64,000 nucleotides of DNA, taken from Callorhinchus milii (lineage: Eukaryota). Made by a program: the position numbers and the translations under genes. Where the stretch lies: NCBI RefSeq assembly GCF_018977255.1, contig NW_024704743.1, forward strand, positions 58,034,001-58,098,000. Reading direction: 5' to 3'. Under the pieces are notes generated by a model that was given only the letters and a program-made list of their open reading frames with translations, had not been told where the DNA came from and searched no databases. Positions within the stretch are counted from its first letter, which is position 1, and every line of letters begins with the position of its first letter. Shown here piece after piece: positions 62,271-64,000 of the stretch.

Positions 62271-62887
62271 GACGAACGTACAATATCTGAATGGCTTCCT
62301 TCTGTACTGTAAAATTCTATAATTCTAGCCATTGGGGCATGCTTCTGAAGTGAAAGCTGTTATGCGAATGTAATTTTGTATTGTGTTACAACACAGCAAA
62401 CTGAAGCTCTAAATGAGCAGCGTTGTCGAAAATGGACAAGTGTCGTGTTGAATGTTTATTTTTAATTTTTGCTACTTGGAAAAAATGCTCAATGGAAGCT
62501 AATGCACTAGTAGCTCCACAACATTTACAAATATATCATAGACTCACCACAAAGTGTCTAATCCTTGAGATTGATGAATGGAGTCCCAATTCCATAGACT
62601 TCAAATTCTCTTGAGGTTTAAGCTATTGAATATGTTGCATGTCTAAGTAGAAATCTTTAGTTTTGACCTGTGGGGTAAACAGCACCATTGATTTTCATTG
62701 TACATTTGCCTGCAGAAAATAATGTACTTCATTTAACGTGAAATGAGATTCATCTCATCAGCTCATTTTTAAACAGTGCTTCCGTATCTATCAGTTAATT
62801 GTGTACATAACAACTTCTCTTTGTTTATGTATATTTTTAGTTATTGCTGTCTCTGGTGTGATGTGGAGCTTTACCATCACTGTTCAT

Positions 62888-62905
62888 AGTGCCCCCCAGT
62901 GGCCC
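62888..62905 (-). promoter_or_regulatory. CTCF-like motif
   Basis: Reverse complement GGCCACTGGGGGGCAC, one mismatch to CCASYAGRKGGCRC; motif match only. Confidence 0.25.
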
Positions 62906-63299
62906 ATTCACAGTGGCTTTGAGTTGTTGTTTCCTTTCTCCGATTTTAAAAAAACTGACACAACAGGGAGCTGTAACTTCTACTAAAACTGGGCACAAGG
63001 GCCCACTTGGCAAGGCTCACTTCCTATTGCAATGTGATATGCGCATTGTATCAGGTAAGCTGCAACCTCCTAGAACGATGCAAGAACTTTTGAGAACAAA
63101 TTTAATTTAAAACTGCTGTAACTGAATAATATCAAGCCACTGCCACTTCGGTGGTTCTATTTATTACAAATTTGTCAGAGTCAGCTAATTTATTGTTCCA
63201 CGTTAATATTAATTCTCTCATTGTGCTATTTCACAAAAATCCCATTAGCACCAACTCTCCATATCTCATTGCATAGCGTTGTGTTACATTAAATCACAT

Positions 63300-63570
63300 A
63301 ATCCTACATTTTTATCATGTCTTGTCATATTGAAATGTCTCAAAAAGCTTCATAGGCAATTACTATCGATTGTAGTGATTGTTTTTGTAGGCAAACACAA
63401 CAGTCACTGATCAATTTATCTGAAGGATTCTTGGCCGATACACCTAGAGAAACGTCCTCTATTCGGATAGACCCACAGGATCTTTAACATCTATCTGAAC
63501 AGGTAGATAGGACCTCAGTTTAACATACCATCTGAAAGACTTAGCACATTGCAGAACACTCTCAGTAGCA
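63300..63570 (-). mobile_element. Old Deu SINE
   Basis: ggatctttaacatctatctgaacagg..ggacctcagtttaacat is the reverse-complement Deu core. Confidence 0.65.
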
Positions 63571-64000
63571 ATTGAGCAAAAATGTGATAGTCGTTAATCC
63601 TAAAAACTAACAATTGGATAAATGTCTGTAGTTTGTGATTTTATTGAAATATTCCAATTGGAAATAGTTGATATTGTCTGAATGAATTTAAGGATTGTTC
63701 AGTACTCTTATGTTGGGACTCTGAATGAATAATTAGTGAGTTACCCAGCCTTTGCCATTGAAGTAAATGTTTTAATTACCTATTTGACTGGATTTGAAAA
63801 TTATTCGCCAGCTAGTGCACTGGAAAGCAAATTATTTCCAGTGCCTCCAGGTAAACTGAGTTTGGTTACGAATTACTCCATGCATTTAGATTTCTATCAA
63901 TTAGCAATATAAACTTGTGTGTTTGTTCAGCTAATGCTAACGATGCTAATTATTTTAATTCCCCAAACTTTACTCAATAAGCAAAATAACGATTTTTGGG

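Overview
This is AT-rich vertebrate genomic DNA, either intronic or intergenic, and it is dense in repeats. The mix of L2 and CR1 LINEs, tRNA-headed Deu-domain SINEs and shark-type Penelope-derived foldbacks points to a cartilaginous fish, probably a holocephalan such as Callorhinchus (inference). I could not recognise any host protein-coding exon with confidence. The only long ORF (46417-48870) is the endonuclease C-terminus plus reverse transcriptase of a young, 5'-truncated L2 LINE. Six near-identical young tRNA-Ala-like SINEs share the L2 3' stem-loop, and older SINE subfamilies are also present. DNA-transposon relics include an internally deleted mariner, a Harbinger transposase fossil, a Helitron-like composite and an unclassified ~2 kb element with ~188-bp inverted arms. 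The most interesting signal is a pair of ~180-200 bp non-coding foldback elements, each with an exact 11-bp TSD and a minimal hammerhead-ribozyme core (Penelope/retrozyme-like). Also notable are an inverted SINE pair whose arms share private mutations, an unclassified old SINE-like family and a local templated insertion. Family names rest on remembered consensus motifs, not on database searches. Boundaries of old repeats are approximate.
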